From Methanocella sp. (GTDB lineage Archaea > Thermoproteota > Bathyarchaeia > Bathyarchaeales > Bathycorpusculaceae): a stretch of DNA of 36,299 bases. A model generated the notes under the pieces. That model was not told where the DNA came from and did not search any database. It saw only the letters and a program-made list of their open reading frames with translations. Position numbers and translations under genes: made by a program. Where the stretch lies: the NCBI GenBank assembly GCA_050261115.1, contig JBLNCY010000029.1:1-36299 (forward strand), read 5' to 3'. The number at the start of each line of letters is the position of its first letter. The first letter of the stretch is position 1. Below, one piece after another: positions 17,485-27,256 of this stretch.

Positions 17485-18468
17485 TTATGTTAAAGCGGGT
17501 TTTGGGTTTGGTTGAGCGTATGCTTGGTGATGCACATGGTACACTTCGCCGCTGCCCGCCCAGATTCCGACTAAAAGCTCTGTGACACTGCCCGGCCATG
17601 TTCCATTAAGGGGTAACGTAACGCTCCAGGCAGGGTACAAAACGTTTCCTTCTTTGACAGTCGGCTGCAAGTTTGCAGTGATCTTGCTTTCTACTACCTT
17701 GAATCCCGTTACCACCCAGTCATCTGACATGCGATAGGAGTAGTTCTTTATAGCTTCCATGGCAATCGCTGTTGCTTGTTCTTTAGAAATATTCACCGTC
17801 GTATCACCAACTGTATAGCGTAGACGGTGGTCGATAAAGCCAGAGAATACGCCATCCCTGAATTGCGCATCGATTAGCAGGTATTCACAGCCGTGAATGA
17901 TGCGTACCCAGCGAAAGTTTATCGAGTCACCAAATGCTGTGCCAGTGAGGTCTTTATGGGTAACGGTAAGTTTGAGGTCTCCTGAGACTACAGTTTGATT
18001 CTGGGTTGCGTCTACGTTTGCTAGCAGGGCTATCATTTCTGTGGAATCCAAGTTAGAGTAGGTGTGGTATTTTTCAAGGAAACCTTTGGCGGCTTCCGTT
18101 GTGTTGGCATAGGCTTGGCTGGTTATGATTGAACCTTTATTGATGCCTAGTTGGCATTGATAAAGTGCTTCTTCATAGAAACTGCAGATAAAGGTCAGGG
18201 ACGAGTCTTTTGCCTCCAGGGAATATGTTTCTATCGATGACGCCGAGTCCATAATAGGGTCACTAGAGTTTGAGGAAAATGGGGGTCTGAAAGTTATGTT
18301 ATACTGTGAACTGTCAATTGGCAATACATTCTCAATAAAACCTAATGCTTTGTTCTGCTCTGTTGACCCTGCTGACGGAGCGGAGAGCATTTCAGATGAC
18401 ACTATTACAGCACCAAGTATAATGCCGACAGCCACTAACGCCAAAACCAAAGTATAGGCTTTTCTCAT
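17485..18468 (-). CDS. secreted/membrane-anchored hypothetical protein
   Basis: MRKAYTLVLALVAVGIILG signal. PepSY-like ISKEQA..IA and YPAW.V...IWAGSGEV motifs. Confidence 0.8.
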   Translation of the reverse strand: MRKAYTLVLALVAVGIILGAVIVSSEMLSAPSAGSTEQNKALGFIENVLPIDSSQYNITFRPPFSSNSSDPIMDSASSIETYSLEAKDSSLTFICSFYEEALYQCQLGINKGSIITSQAYANTTEAAKGFLEKYHTYSNLDSTEMIALLANVDATQNQTVVSGDLKLTVTHKDLTGTAFGDSINFRWVRIIHGCEYLLIDAQFRDGVFSGFIDHRLRYTVGDTTVNISKEQATAIAMEAIKNYSYRMSDDWVVTGFKVVESKITANLQPTVKEGNVLYPAWSVTLPLNGTWPGSVTELLVGIWAGSGEVYHVHHQAYAQPNPKPALT

Positions 18469-18666
18469 GCTATCTGCCCCCACGATTGAAACAGCCAAAA
18501 TTGTGATAAAAGCGTTTTCGTCAAGGTTTCTTGACTAACTGCTGAAAGGGCAAAAGAGTGGTTAATGGCGCTAAAACAGGAAGGTGGGCATCAAGCAGGA
18601 AACAAACATCGCTTTCTGCTCAATATTGACAGCATAGCAGCTGTAAGACATAGTTAACATTTTAAT

Positions 18667-18945
18667 ATGCGCAAAAAACATCTTTTCCCTTCAAATAGAG
18701 GCATGGTTATGGGAAAAACAAGAAAAATCTTGGAGAAAAGCGCAGCTGGCTTTAAGCGTTATTTGACCGACTGGAAAAACCTCGCAATGCATGCATCGAT
18801 TGGTATAGCTCTGGTGGTTCTGGCTATTTGGGCACCGGTGCCTCTGCATGCTAAAATAACGATATTTTTGCTCGTGGTTGTTTTCAATGTCTTTCGAATG
18901 AGAATAAACAGCAAAAAAAGGGTACAAGCGACCGTATTAGAATAA
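18667..18945 (+). CDS. small membrane protein (start may be 18703 or 18709)
   Basis: Two TM helices, YLTDWKNLAMH motif. Confidence 0.65.
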   Translation: MRKKHLFPSNRGMVMGKTRKILEKSAAGFKRYLTDWKNLAMHASIGIALVVLAIWAPVPLHAKITIFLLVVVFNVFRMRINSKKRVQATVLE

Positions 18946-19132
18946 GTTAAGCAACAAAAACCCAACGAACTTGATTGTTTCTGCCCAGTATTCGCATCAT
19001 AGTTTAGCCTGCTCCAGCACAGTATCGGTTGCTTACGTGGCAGATGGGTGGGTTCCTGTACTTTTTAGCCGACGCCTGACACGAAGTAAACACAGCTGCT
19101 TACCCAAGCCTCACTAGCTATTTTTTTAATAA

Positions 19133-19391
19133 TTATTGAATATGGGGTACTCTAGGCTTTCTCTTGCCAATTACATGCAATAGGCTAACAGCAGCTAGAA
19201 CTGCAATCAATAGGGCGGTTATAGGAAACTCTGGTACTGTTGGATCGGGACTAGAAGCGGGTACACCAGGCGTTGGATATGACGTGGCAGAGCCAGAAGA
19301 GCCTGGTATGGTAATTGTTTGTGTGCTGCTCCACCCACTTGTTGAATCATACGCTACTGCGAATTGATAAAAGCCTTCAGTGTAGATTCAA
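19133..19391 (-). pseudogene. orphan C-terminal fragment of a PEF-CTERM surface protein
   Basis: ...SGWSSTQTITIPGSSG...PTVPEFPITALLIAVLAAVSLLHVIGKRKPR has the PEF motif, TM helix and basic tail. Upstream in-frame TGA, no start codon. Confidence 0.75.
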
Positions 19392-19449
19392 TTTGACAAT
19401 AGAGAATAAAGGGATAAGATCCCAGAAACCATTCAGCCCAAAAATAGGC

Positions 19450-19839
19450 TTAATGTTCGTGGTGATGATGCGCGTGTGGGCAGACGGCTGTTAGTGGCTG
19501 GAGTAAGCCGTTTTTGTAGTTTTCAATTATTTCGCTGACTGTGACGCCAATGGCTTGCAGTACCTGTACGCCGGCGCCTTCAAAGCAATTCTTAGCGCCT
19601 GGCCCCATTCCACATGCTACAACTGCTGTGGGTCTTAGGGACAGTATGCTTCCATGAGGGTGTCCGGTGCCGCCCATGTGTGTGCTGGTGTTTTTTTCAA
19701 TTTCCACTTTGGCTATTTGTGCTCCATTCAGTTCGACGAGTGCAAAGTAGGGTGCTTGGCCAAAGTGCTGTGCGATTTGCGCGTTTATTCCGAGGTTATT
19801 TTCGACCGGGATTACAATTCGTTCAGTCAATACAATCAC
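19450..19839 (-). CDS. NifB/NifX-family (FeMo-cofactor-binding-like) protein with a His-rich tail
   Basis: HFGQAPYF, CGMGPGA and C-terminal CPHAHHHHEH. Confidence 0.9.
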   Translation of the reverse strand: MIVLTERIVIPVENNLGINAQIAQHFGQAPYFALVELNGAQIAKVEIEKNTSTHMGGTGHPHGSILSLRPTAVVACGMGPGAKNCFEGAGVQVLQAIGVTVSEIIENYKNGLLQPLTAVCPHAHHHHEH

Positions 19840-19851
19840 CTAATTAAAAAA

Positions 19852-19897
19852 GTATAGTTGCTAAACAATATTAATACATTATGTTTATATTATCAAC
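19852..19897. promoter_or_regulatory. paired 15-bp semi-palindromic boxes upstream of the NifX-like gene
   Basis: GTATAGTTGCTAAAC (19852) and GTTTATATTATCAAC (19883), 31 bp apart. Confidence 0.55.
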
Positions 19898-20177
19898 TAA
19901 CCATCAGAAAGGCCAAATGAGAAAACGCACCATCGACAAAACAACTTCAATACTAAAGACAATTTAACTTATCATGATGACGGAATTCAATCTGAAGCAG
20001 CCCATCCTCGGTTAATGCCTATGCAGCTTTTCCATGCACTCTGAAATAATTTGAATTGGGGGTTTTGGTCAGGTTTGTTTTCCATTACAAAGACTGGGCA
20101 TAAAGTGGCTTCCGTTACGATGCTTTCTTTATTGGGGAGAGGTCTTGGCCATTATTTCACATTAAAACGCAGGTAAC

Positions 20178-20223
20178 GGTTATAACATAAACATCATCAA
20201 TAGTTTATGTTTATAAAATAAAC
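20178..20223. promoter_or_regulatory. paired 15-bp semi-palindromic boxes upstream of the Lrp gene
   Basis: GGTTATAACATAAAC (20178) and GTTTATAAAATAAAC (20209), 31 bp apart. Confidence 0.6.
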
Positions 20224-20239
20224 AACGAGTGAGATATCT

Positions 20240-20809
20240 GTGGACAAGATAGACCAAAAAATAATAACGCAACTTCAAGCCGACGGTCGAACCACACTTC
20301 AAGAACTGTCCGAAAAAATCGGACTCACAAGCATGGGCACCAAAAAAAGAGTAGATCGACTAATAAAAAAAGGCGTAATCAAGGTGTCCGCACTCATAAA
20401 CCCAAACGCGCTCAACCTCCACCCCGCAATTATTATGCTTGAAATGGAAAACGCAGAAGCCATGCAAGAACTCCTTGACCGCTTTGAACAATGCCCAAGA
20501 GTTGTCCAGATATTCAAAACCGTTGGCGGCTACAACCTAATTGCATTGGTTATTGCAGAAACACAGGATACACTGGAAAGCATCTCTATGGAGAAATGCT
20601 CTTTAAGATGCAGCAAAGGAATACGAAGATCAGAATTCTACCCAGTAAGTGAGACCTTTTTTTCGCCATTCCTACCCATCAGAGAAGGGTTAGCGCACAA
20701 AGAACGAGACGTCAGCCCCTGCAATGTAGATTGCCCACCATGCAACAGATATGAAACAAAGAAATGCGTAGGCTGCCCAACTACCTGCCACTACAAAGGC
20801 ACACTATAA
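20240..20809 (+). CDS. Lrp/AsnC transcriptional regulator with a Cys-rich C-terminal extension
   Basis: MDKIDQKII..LQ.DGR HTH, GGYNLI RAM domain, tail PCNVDCPPC...CVGCP..C. Confidence 0.92.
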   Translation: MDKIDQKIITQLQADGRTTLQELSEKIGLTSMGTKKRVDRLIKKGVIKVSALINPNALNLHPAIIMLEMENAEAMQELLDRFEQCPRVVQIFKTVGGYNLIALVIAETQDTLESISMEKCSLRCSKGIRRSEFYPVSETFFSPFLPIREGLAHKERDVSPCNVDCPPCNRYETKKCVGCPTTCHYKGTL

Positions 20810-20838
20810 AAAAAGCATTTCAGTGGGAAAATAACCAG

Positions 20839-21783
20839 TTGGAAAAAGTAAAATTAGCGGAAACTGCAAGCATAGAAATCATTAGCCTAGTAGACAACAC
20901 AGTTGATTTTCTGTCAAGTAATACCCGAAAAGAAGTACACACCTTTCAGCACTCAACACATTGGCATAACGGGTTGCCTCATGCAGAAAACGGATTTTCC
21001 ATGCTAATCAGAGTACAATGTGAGAAGAAAACGGAGAGCATCCTCTTTGATACAGGAACCAGCCCAGACGGCGTATGCCAAAACGCCAAACTAATGGACA
21101 TAAACCTCGGCGAAGTCTCCACCATAGTGCTCTCCCATGGCCACTACGACCACTTTGGAGGATTAACAGCCGCAGTTAAGGCGATAAATAGACAGGACCT
21201 GCAAATTATAGCTCACAAAGACATGGCTAAACCCCGAGCGGCCGCCAGCTCTAAAGGAAACTTGCGGGAATATCCGCTCTTTCCAGACCAAAAAAGCCTA
21301 TCACCAGCAAAAATAATAAACACAAAACAATCTCGGGTAATCGCTTCGGGGTTTGCCTGCCTAACAGGAGAAATCCCAAGAACAGTCAAATTCGAGACAG
21401 GCATGTTAAATAACAGAATTTTTAGGGATGGCATCTGGCAGCCTGACCCGCTATTGATGGATGAACGCGCCCTCGTTTTTCATGTGCGGGATAAGGGTTT
21501 GGTTGTGGTTTCCGGTTGCGCACACGCAGGCATAATCAACACCATTCGCTATGCCCAAAAGATAACAGGAGTCGAAAGGATCTACGGAATATTCGGCGGC
21601 TTTCACTTATCTGGACGGGAATTTGAAAAGAGAATTCCCCAAACGATTGATGAACTCAGGCGAATCACACCCAAGTTGGTTGTACCCTCCCACTGTACCG
21701 GCTGGCGAGCGCTCTACGCATTGAGAGAAGCGTTTCCAGAAGAATTTATCTTCAACAGCATAGGAAACTGCTATAACTTATAG
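20839..21783 (+). CDS. metallo-beta-lactamase-fold protein (MJ0448/TM1679-like class II)
   Basis: LFDTG, LSHGHYDHFGG, SGCAHAG, GGFHL and HCTG motifs. TTG 20839 is preferred because it avoids overlap with the Lrp gene. Confidence 0.88.
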   Translation: MEKVKLAETASIEIISLVDNTVDFLSSNTRKEVHTFQHSTHWHNGLPHAENGFSMLIRVQCEKKTESILFDTGTSPDGVCQNAKLMDINLGEVSTIVLSHGHYDHFGGLTAAVKAINRQDLQIIAHKDMAKPRAAASSKGNLREYPLFPDQKSLSPAKIINTKQSRVIASGFACLTGEIPRTVKFETGMLNNRIFRDGIWQPDPLLMDERALVFHVRDKGLVVVSGCAHAGIINTIRYAQKITGVERIYGIFGGFHLSGREFEKRIPQTIDELRRITPKLVVPSHCTGWRALYALREAFPEEFIFNSIGNCYNL

Positions 21784-21803
21784 TGATTAAGCGGACTTAA
21801 GTC

Positions 21804-22577
21804 TCAATTAATAGGTGCTATGGGGACAATGAAAGGGCTATTTCTGCAATAAGTAATTTCCACTTCAACACCATAAACCTCGATAATATTATCCACAGAC
21901 AGAACTGACGCTACATCGCCTGCAGCAAAGACCCTGCCGTTTTTCATCATCACAATCTTATCGCAGTACCTAGCAGCAAGATTCAAGTCATGAATGGCAA
22001 CTGCTGCAGATAATCCTTCTTTCTGAACTAATTTTCTAGTTAATTCCATAACTTCTAGTTGATGTTTAATGTCTAGGTTACTAGTAGGTTCATCAAGAAG
22101 TAGCACCTTGGCTTCCTGTGCTACGGCTCTGGCAACTAAGACACGTTGCTGTTCACCGCCGCTGAGTTCGTAAAAATTTCGCATTGCAAGTTGCTCTATA
22201 TTGAGAGTTTTTAGGGCGTCCCAAACTTTTTCTTTGTCTGTTTTGCTGCTTTGAAATGCAATGTGTGGTCTTCTGCCCATGAGGACCACATCGAAAACAG
22301 TTAACGGTTCACTTGTGTAGCTTTGCGCTTGGGGAACATATCCAATTCTTTTGGCGATTTCTAACCGATTCATTTTTTTGAGATCTTGTTCCCCTAGCAT
22401 TATGGTGCCTTGTTTGGGCTCCAATATTTTGTTTATGCATTTCAGTAGTGTGGTTTTTCCTGACCCGTTTGGGCCCACCATGCCCAAGATTTCTTGTTTG
22501 TGGAGGTCTATTGAGACTTGGCTGAGTGTTGGTGCGCTACAGTAGCTGAATGTTACTCCCTGCACGGTTATGTTCAT
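21804..22577 (-). CDS. ABC ATP-binding subunit, FecE/BtuD type
   Basis: GPNGSGKT, LSGGEQQ, LLDEPT and HDLNLA motifs. Confidence 0.95.
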   Translation of the reverse strand: MNITVQGVTFSYCSAPTLSQVSIDLHKQEILGMVGPNGSGKTTLLKCINKILEPKQGTIMLGEQDLKKMNRLEIAKRIGYVPQAQSYTSEPLTVFDVVLMGRRPHIAFQSSKTDKEKVWDALKTLNIEQLAMRNFYELSGGEQQRVLVARAVAQEAKVLLLDEPTSNLDIKHQLEVMELTRKLVQKEGLSAAVAIHDLNLAARYCDKIVMMKNGRVFAAGDVASVLSVDNIIEVYGVEVEITYCRNSPFIVPIAPIN

Positions 22578-22618
22578 GTTTGTTGCCTGTGTGTGCTGTT
22601 CTTTTTGGCAATATTTTA

Positions 22619-22683
22619 GTATTACTTATTATTAATTTAGTAACACAATGCATAAGTATTACTTTTTTTAAGTTTGGTAATAC
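22619..22683. promoter_or_regulatory. two 28-bp NikR-like operators in a divergent promoter
   Basis: GTATTAC-N14-GTAACAC (22619-22646) and GTATTAC-N14-GTAATAC (22656-22683). Confidence 0.7.
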
Positions 22684-22691
22684 GGCGATTA

Positions 22692-24140
22692 ATGATGAAC
22701 AAGCTTATGATTACTGGATTAATACTAGCCCTCGTAATAGCGTCTTCACTTTTAATTGGTTATAGTCAAAACTGGTTCCAAACTCAGCCAGACCCGACTG
22801 TACCTGACACTAACAATCCCCAGCCTACAACTCAACCAACGACTGTTGCCTCACTCAATATAGCTCTTGAAATCTATGGAAACGCCAACATGGATGCCGT
22901 GATAGATTCAGCAGACGTTACAGCACTCCAACAAATGATCAGTGGCTCAAGAGAAGTGACAGAATTTGCCGATGCAAACTGCGACGGCGTAATCGACGAT
23001 GCTGACATAGAACAAGTTAATGCAATCATTACAGGACAAGCCTCAAAAATATACATGCTTGACGGCAGTAAAGAAAAAATATCCATAATCTTGCCTGCAG
23101 AGAGGATCATAGTTGAATACAACCAGAACACCGAACTTGTAAGAATACTCGGCATAGAGGATCTCGTTGTCGGTGTAGATTCTGGAGTTGAACCTGTAAA
23201 AACACTATTCTTCCCCCGTAACGCAGACACCATAACCAATGTAGGTAGCATGAGTTCACCAGATTACGAAAAAATCCTAAACTTAAACCCCACTACACTG
23301 CTGGTTTTCAGCCCAGGCTCGGGTAGCTCCGCCACCACCGCCCAAAAAGCAGCTAATTTACCTGGTGTAGACGTCGTTTACTTAGGTTTATATAATCCTA
23401 ATGTTACAAATCCCGCAGATTCTCGCTTCCTTCAAGGTATACTAAAAGCCGGCTACATCTTCAATAAAGTTGACAGAGCAACCGAATACGCGAATTGGAT
23501 CCTGAATATAACTTCAGAGATTAATGCAAAGGCCAGCACTATCCCCGAAAATCAACTAAAGACCGTCTGGTTAACAAACAGTCCAACTCTCGGCAGCACT
23601 AGAGCTTATGTTGAACTGGATACTCTAGGGCAAGCTTGTGTGCTGGCAGGCGGAAAAAATTTGTTCCAAGCACCCTTAGACTCAACGGCTTTCTCAATAA
23701 ATCCGGATACCGAAACAATTCTTTCCCAAGATCCCGATTATATCTTTCTCCACACGGTACGATACACCTACGGCGGCGGGACAAACGAGCCAGCGCAAGG
23801 CATAGACTGCAATGATCCAACAGAAATGGATTTAGTTTTACAGGAGTTCTTAGCAACACCGGCATATGCAAACCTTGCTGCAGTACAAAACAAACACGTT
23901 TACTTGATCGCAGGTGACTTCAGAAACAACGCAATGGGCGGCACCTTGGGCGCAGTATACATGGCGAGAATACTCTACCCAGATGTGTTTACAGACCTAA
24001 ACCCACAGTCAATCCATCAAGAATACATAACAAAATACCTGCGCTTAGACAACTATAACTTAGACACGATCGGCGTTTACCTGTACCCACCAATTACTAT
24101 CAACGGCGATACTGTAGGTATACCTAATGGAACTAACTGA
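22692..24140 (+). CDS. ABC substrate-binding protein (FecB/BtuF class) with an N-terminal dockerin-like domain
   Basis: TM anchor, P/T linker, YGNANMDAVID...ADANCDGVID Ca-loop pair, PDYEKIL and LAGGKN motifs. Confidence 0.9.
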   Translation: MMNKLMITGLILALVIASSLLIGYSQNWFQTQPDPTVPDTNNPQPTTQPTTVASLNIALEIYGNANMDAVIDSADVTALQQMISGSREVTEFADANCDGVIDDADIEQVNAIITGQASKIYMLDGSKEKISIILPAERIIVEYNQNTELVRILGIEDLVVGVDSGVEPVKTLFFPRNADTITNVGSMSSPDYEKILNLNPTTLLVFSPGSGSSATTAQKAANLPGVDVVYLGLYNPNVTNPADSRFLQGILKAGYIFNKVDRATEYANWILNITSEINAKASTIPENQLKTVWLTNSPTLGSTRAYVELDTLGQACVLAGGKNLFQAPLDSTAFSINPDTETILSQDPDYIFLHTVRYTYGGGTNEPAQGIDCNDPTEMDLVLQEFLATPAYANLAAVQNKHVYLIAGDFRNNAMGGTLGAVYMARILYPDVFTDLNPQSIHQEYITKYLRLDNYNLDTIGVYLYPPITINGDTVGIPNGTN

Positions 24141-24204
24141 TTCGGAAAAGCACTTTCCCCTCTATTTTTTTAAAAAACTAACATTAAATGAGGAATAATG
24201 TCTA

Positions 24205-24999
24205 ATGGCTACTGCGATAGATTGGGTTCAACTTAGGAAAAATGTTCTACATGCTACCCAAAGGGTTGACCTCTACAGCCCAAGCTACTGGAACAAAGAA
24301 GCAACCGTAATAAATGAAAAATTACCTCATTGGTCCAATTTAACAAAAAAACAGCTTAGTCAGTTACCTCTCTCCAAAGAAATTACCGTTCTAGATGTGG
24401 GGGCAGGCACTGGACGCATGACCCTGCCTATAGCTAAACGGGTAAAGCATGTTACTGCCTTGGAACCTTCCGAAAGAATGCTAGCATTTCTTAGCGATAA
24501 AGCTAGAAGACAGCAAATCTGCAATATATCATACATTAACAAAACCTTAGAGGATATGGACGTATCTTGTTCATACGATTTAGTTGTTGCATCTTTTTCG
24601 TTGTTCATGTTTGACATAAAAGATGCACTGCTGAAAATGAACACTTTAGCCCGCAAAGGCGTTTACCTGTTCCTATGTGCGTCACCCTGGGTCGATACTG
24701 AGTTGCAATTGGCAATCTATGACTCACGAAGCTATTGGTCCGATTTTATATTCATATATAACATCCTTCACGATTTAGAAATAATCCCCAACGTGCAAAT
24801 CAGAATATATACACTCAAACAATGCTTCATGAATTTAGACGACGCAGTGGAAAAGACTCTACAGAGATATCATATTCCAATAGAGAAAAAGATGAAACTC
24901 CGCGCATACCTCCAAGCGACCTGCGTTGAAGAAAAAGGCAAATTATGGTATAACCGGAAAAGAAAGGCTGCAACCATATGGTGGACCAAAAACCATTAG
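24205..24999 (+). CDS. class I SAM-dependent methyltransferase
   Basis: VLDVGAGTG, TALEPS and YDLVVAS motifs. Confidence 0.92.
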   Translation: MATAIDWVQLRKNVLHATQRVDLYSPSYWNKEATVINEKLPHWSNLTKKQLSQLPLSKEITVLDVGAGTGRMTLPIAKRVKHVTALEPSERMLAFLSDKARRQQICNISYINKTLEDMDVSCSYDLVVASFSLFMFDIKDALLKMNTLARKGVYLFLCASPWVDTELQLAIYDSRSYWSDFIFIYNILHDLEIIPNVQIRIYTLKQCFMNLDDAVEKTLQRYHIPIEKKMKLRAYLQATCVEEKGKLWYNRKRKAATIWWTKNH

Positions 25000-26072
25000 A
25001 CTCTAAATCGGAACATGACTTCAGCATAGAATTAGAGAAACTGAAGTATCGAAAAGTAAGGGCAAAAAGTGCCCTATTTATCTTGCTTTCAGCCGTGCTC
25101 CTTTTCGTTATAGCAGGCATATCTTTGGCTTTAGGATCTGCAAACATGACTTTTTTTGACGCCTACACCGCGGTGCTTGCACGATTTTTCCCTGACACAT
25201 TCCATGTCACTCCATTAGCTGACACTGTCGTTTGGACCCTAAGACTACCAAGAATCATATTGGCAATCCTTGCAGGCGCAATCTTAGCGTTGGGCGGTTG
25301 CACCACAATGGCCACCCTGAAAAACCCAATCGCTACACCCTACACTTTAGGCGTCTCAGCAGGCGCAGGATTTGGAGCCGCCATAGCTATAATACTAAAT
25401 ACAGGGTTAATCGCGGGTCCCTTCATGATTATCGGTAACGCCTTTGTATTCTCACTCATTCCAGTCGCGGTTATACTCCTACTAGTTAAGCGGAAAGGCG
25501 CTTCGCCTGTTACTATGATACTGGGCGGTGTCGCGATGGCCTACTTCTTTACTGCATGCACCACAATACTGCAGTATTTCGCAGCTGATGATGCCGTCAA
25601 AGGAACCGTGTTTTGGGCAGTAGGCGACTTATCAAACGCAGCATGGAATATTCTGCCATATATCTTAGGCGTGTTCTTCATAGCTTTCGCCGTAAACCTC
25701 TGGATATCTTGGGACCTCAACGCCATGAGGATGGGCGATGACACCGCAAAAAGCTTAGGCGTAAATGTTGACCGCACCCGCAAAATTGCACTTATCATCG
25801 CTTGTCTATCAACCGCAACAGTTATCGCATTCACCGGCGCAATCGGTTTCATCTGTCTCGTCGCACCACACATCTGCAAAGCTGTAGTCGGCCAAGATCA
25901 GCGCCTGCTGGTCATCTCTTCGGGATTAGTTGGGGCTATTTTGCTTCTAGTAGCAGATATCGTTGCTAGACGCTTAATCGATGGAAATATTTTACCGGTA
26001 GGCGCGATTACGGCGTTTCTAGGAGCTCCGTTGCTGTTTTATTTGTTACTTAAAATGCAAAAAAGCAACTAA
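24978..26072 (+). CDS. ABC permease, FecCD/BtuC family
   Basis: RLPR, NPIATPYTLGVSAGA, AKSLGVN and GAIGFICLVAPH motifs. Confidence 0.95.
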   Translation: MVDQKPLDSKSEHDFSIELEKLKYRKVRAKSALFILLSAVLLFVIAGISLALGSANMTFFDAYTAVLARFFPDTFHVTPLADTVVWTLRLPRIILAILAGAILALGGCTTMATLKNPIATPYTLGVSAGAGFGAAIAIILNTGLIAGPFMIIGNAFVFSLIPVAVILLLVKRKGASPVTMILGGVAMAYFFTACTTILQYFAADDAVKGTVFWAVGDLSNAAWNILPYILGVFFIAFAVNLWISWDLNAMRMGDDTAKSLGVNVDRTRKIALIIACLSTATVIAFTGAIGFICLVAPHICKAVVGQDQRLLVISSGLVGAILLLVADIVARRLIDGNILPVGAITAFLGAPLLFYLLLKMQKSN

Positions 26073-26757
26073 CCAATGGGGTATACCCCCCACTTTTTTG
26101 ATTCTAAGCGCAATCGTTCAACGGAAAAAATGAAAAGAAAGGTTTTCTTGGTTCTGGACGGTATAATCCAGCGTAGGTATCGCATTTCTGATTGTCTCAC
26201 TATGCTTATGGTCAATACAAAAGCGGTCTAAAAACAAAACTTTCTTAATGGTCATCGACCGCTTCGGGTGGGTGCCAACTTAGCACTAACTATGAGATGT
26301 CGCGCTCTTATCTTGTTTTTTTGGTAGTTTAAGTGTGGCCAAGTGAAGCCCGATTAAGAGGTGATTAAAAATGCGGGGGTCTCTTAATCGCCTCTGGGGT
26401 ATCGGTTGTTTACAGCCAACCGAAAGGCTTTCTTGGCGCTGCGCTGCCTCGGGCATGTGTGGACTGCACTTGCGGTAGCACGTTTATCATAAAAGGTATT
26501 ACTGCGATTTAAATGTTACCTGTAGATTGAAGCCACCCCCAAATCAGCCGGGAAACCATCAAACCCTGTCACTTGAACCACAATCGATTGACTCAAAATT
26601 GTGATAAAGGGTAAGTTCTGAACGCATTGTACTTGATTCTTAAGTGGATAGCTCTGCTTTTTGCGGAAGGGACAGCATATGCTTTTATCGGGTTACCCCC
26701 AAATTAGACAAATTTTAAATTTAAAACAAAGCCAACAACAAAAAGACAGTGAATTGA

Positions 26758-27256
26758 ATGGCAGAAGCTAATCATCAACCAATATTAGACCAAAAGCCAA
26801 AGCAACCCGTTGGTGTGGCAGCTATAGCAATATTATGGTTAATAGCCGGCTTGATGAATTGCTTTAATGCGCCTCAAGCTATCGGCCACTATTTTGGGTG
26901 TCGCACCACAATTAGCCAACTCCCCAATAGATTCATGGTTTGGTTTTGGAGTATCAATAGAAATAGCGCTATTTTCAGTAATGCTAATTTTTGGTATAAT
27001 AGAATTAATTGCAGCTATTGGGCTATGGACTGGCAAAAAGTTTTCCTATTATCTATCTTTGGCGGTTCCGATAGGTGCAATCTTGTTTAACTTAGCTTTA
27101 CTGAGCCTATTTACCGCTGCTTCCCCAACCGTGAATTCAGACACAATGACTAGCTCATACGTTGGGGTTGGTGTGGGGATCTTGTGGCGTATCATATTTT
27201 GCTGGTACCTAAGAAAAGACCACGTTAAAGCTTACCTCAAAATACAGAAGGGCTAA
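26758..27256 (+). pseudogene. membrane protein split by a 1-nt frameshift at ~26872
   Basis: MAEANHQ...PVGVAAIAILWLIAGLMNCFNA continues naturally into LKLSATIL...YLRKDHVKAYL of ORF 26867..27256. Confidence 0.7.

Noticed and set aside
19164-19367. 67-aa plus-strand ORF
   Set aside because: Antisense of the PEF-CTERM fragment.
19910-20152. Possible decayed ferredoxin-like gene on the minus strand (LCPVFVMEN...SCIG)
   Set aside because: Too many stops and no complete Cys motif.
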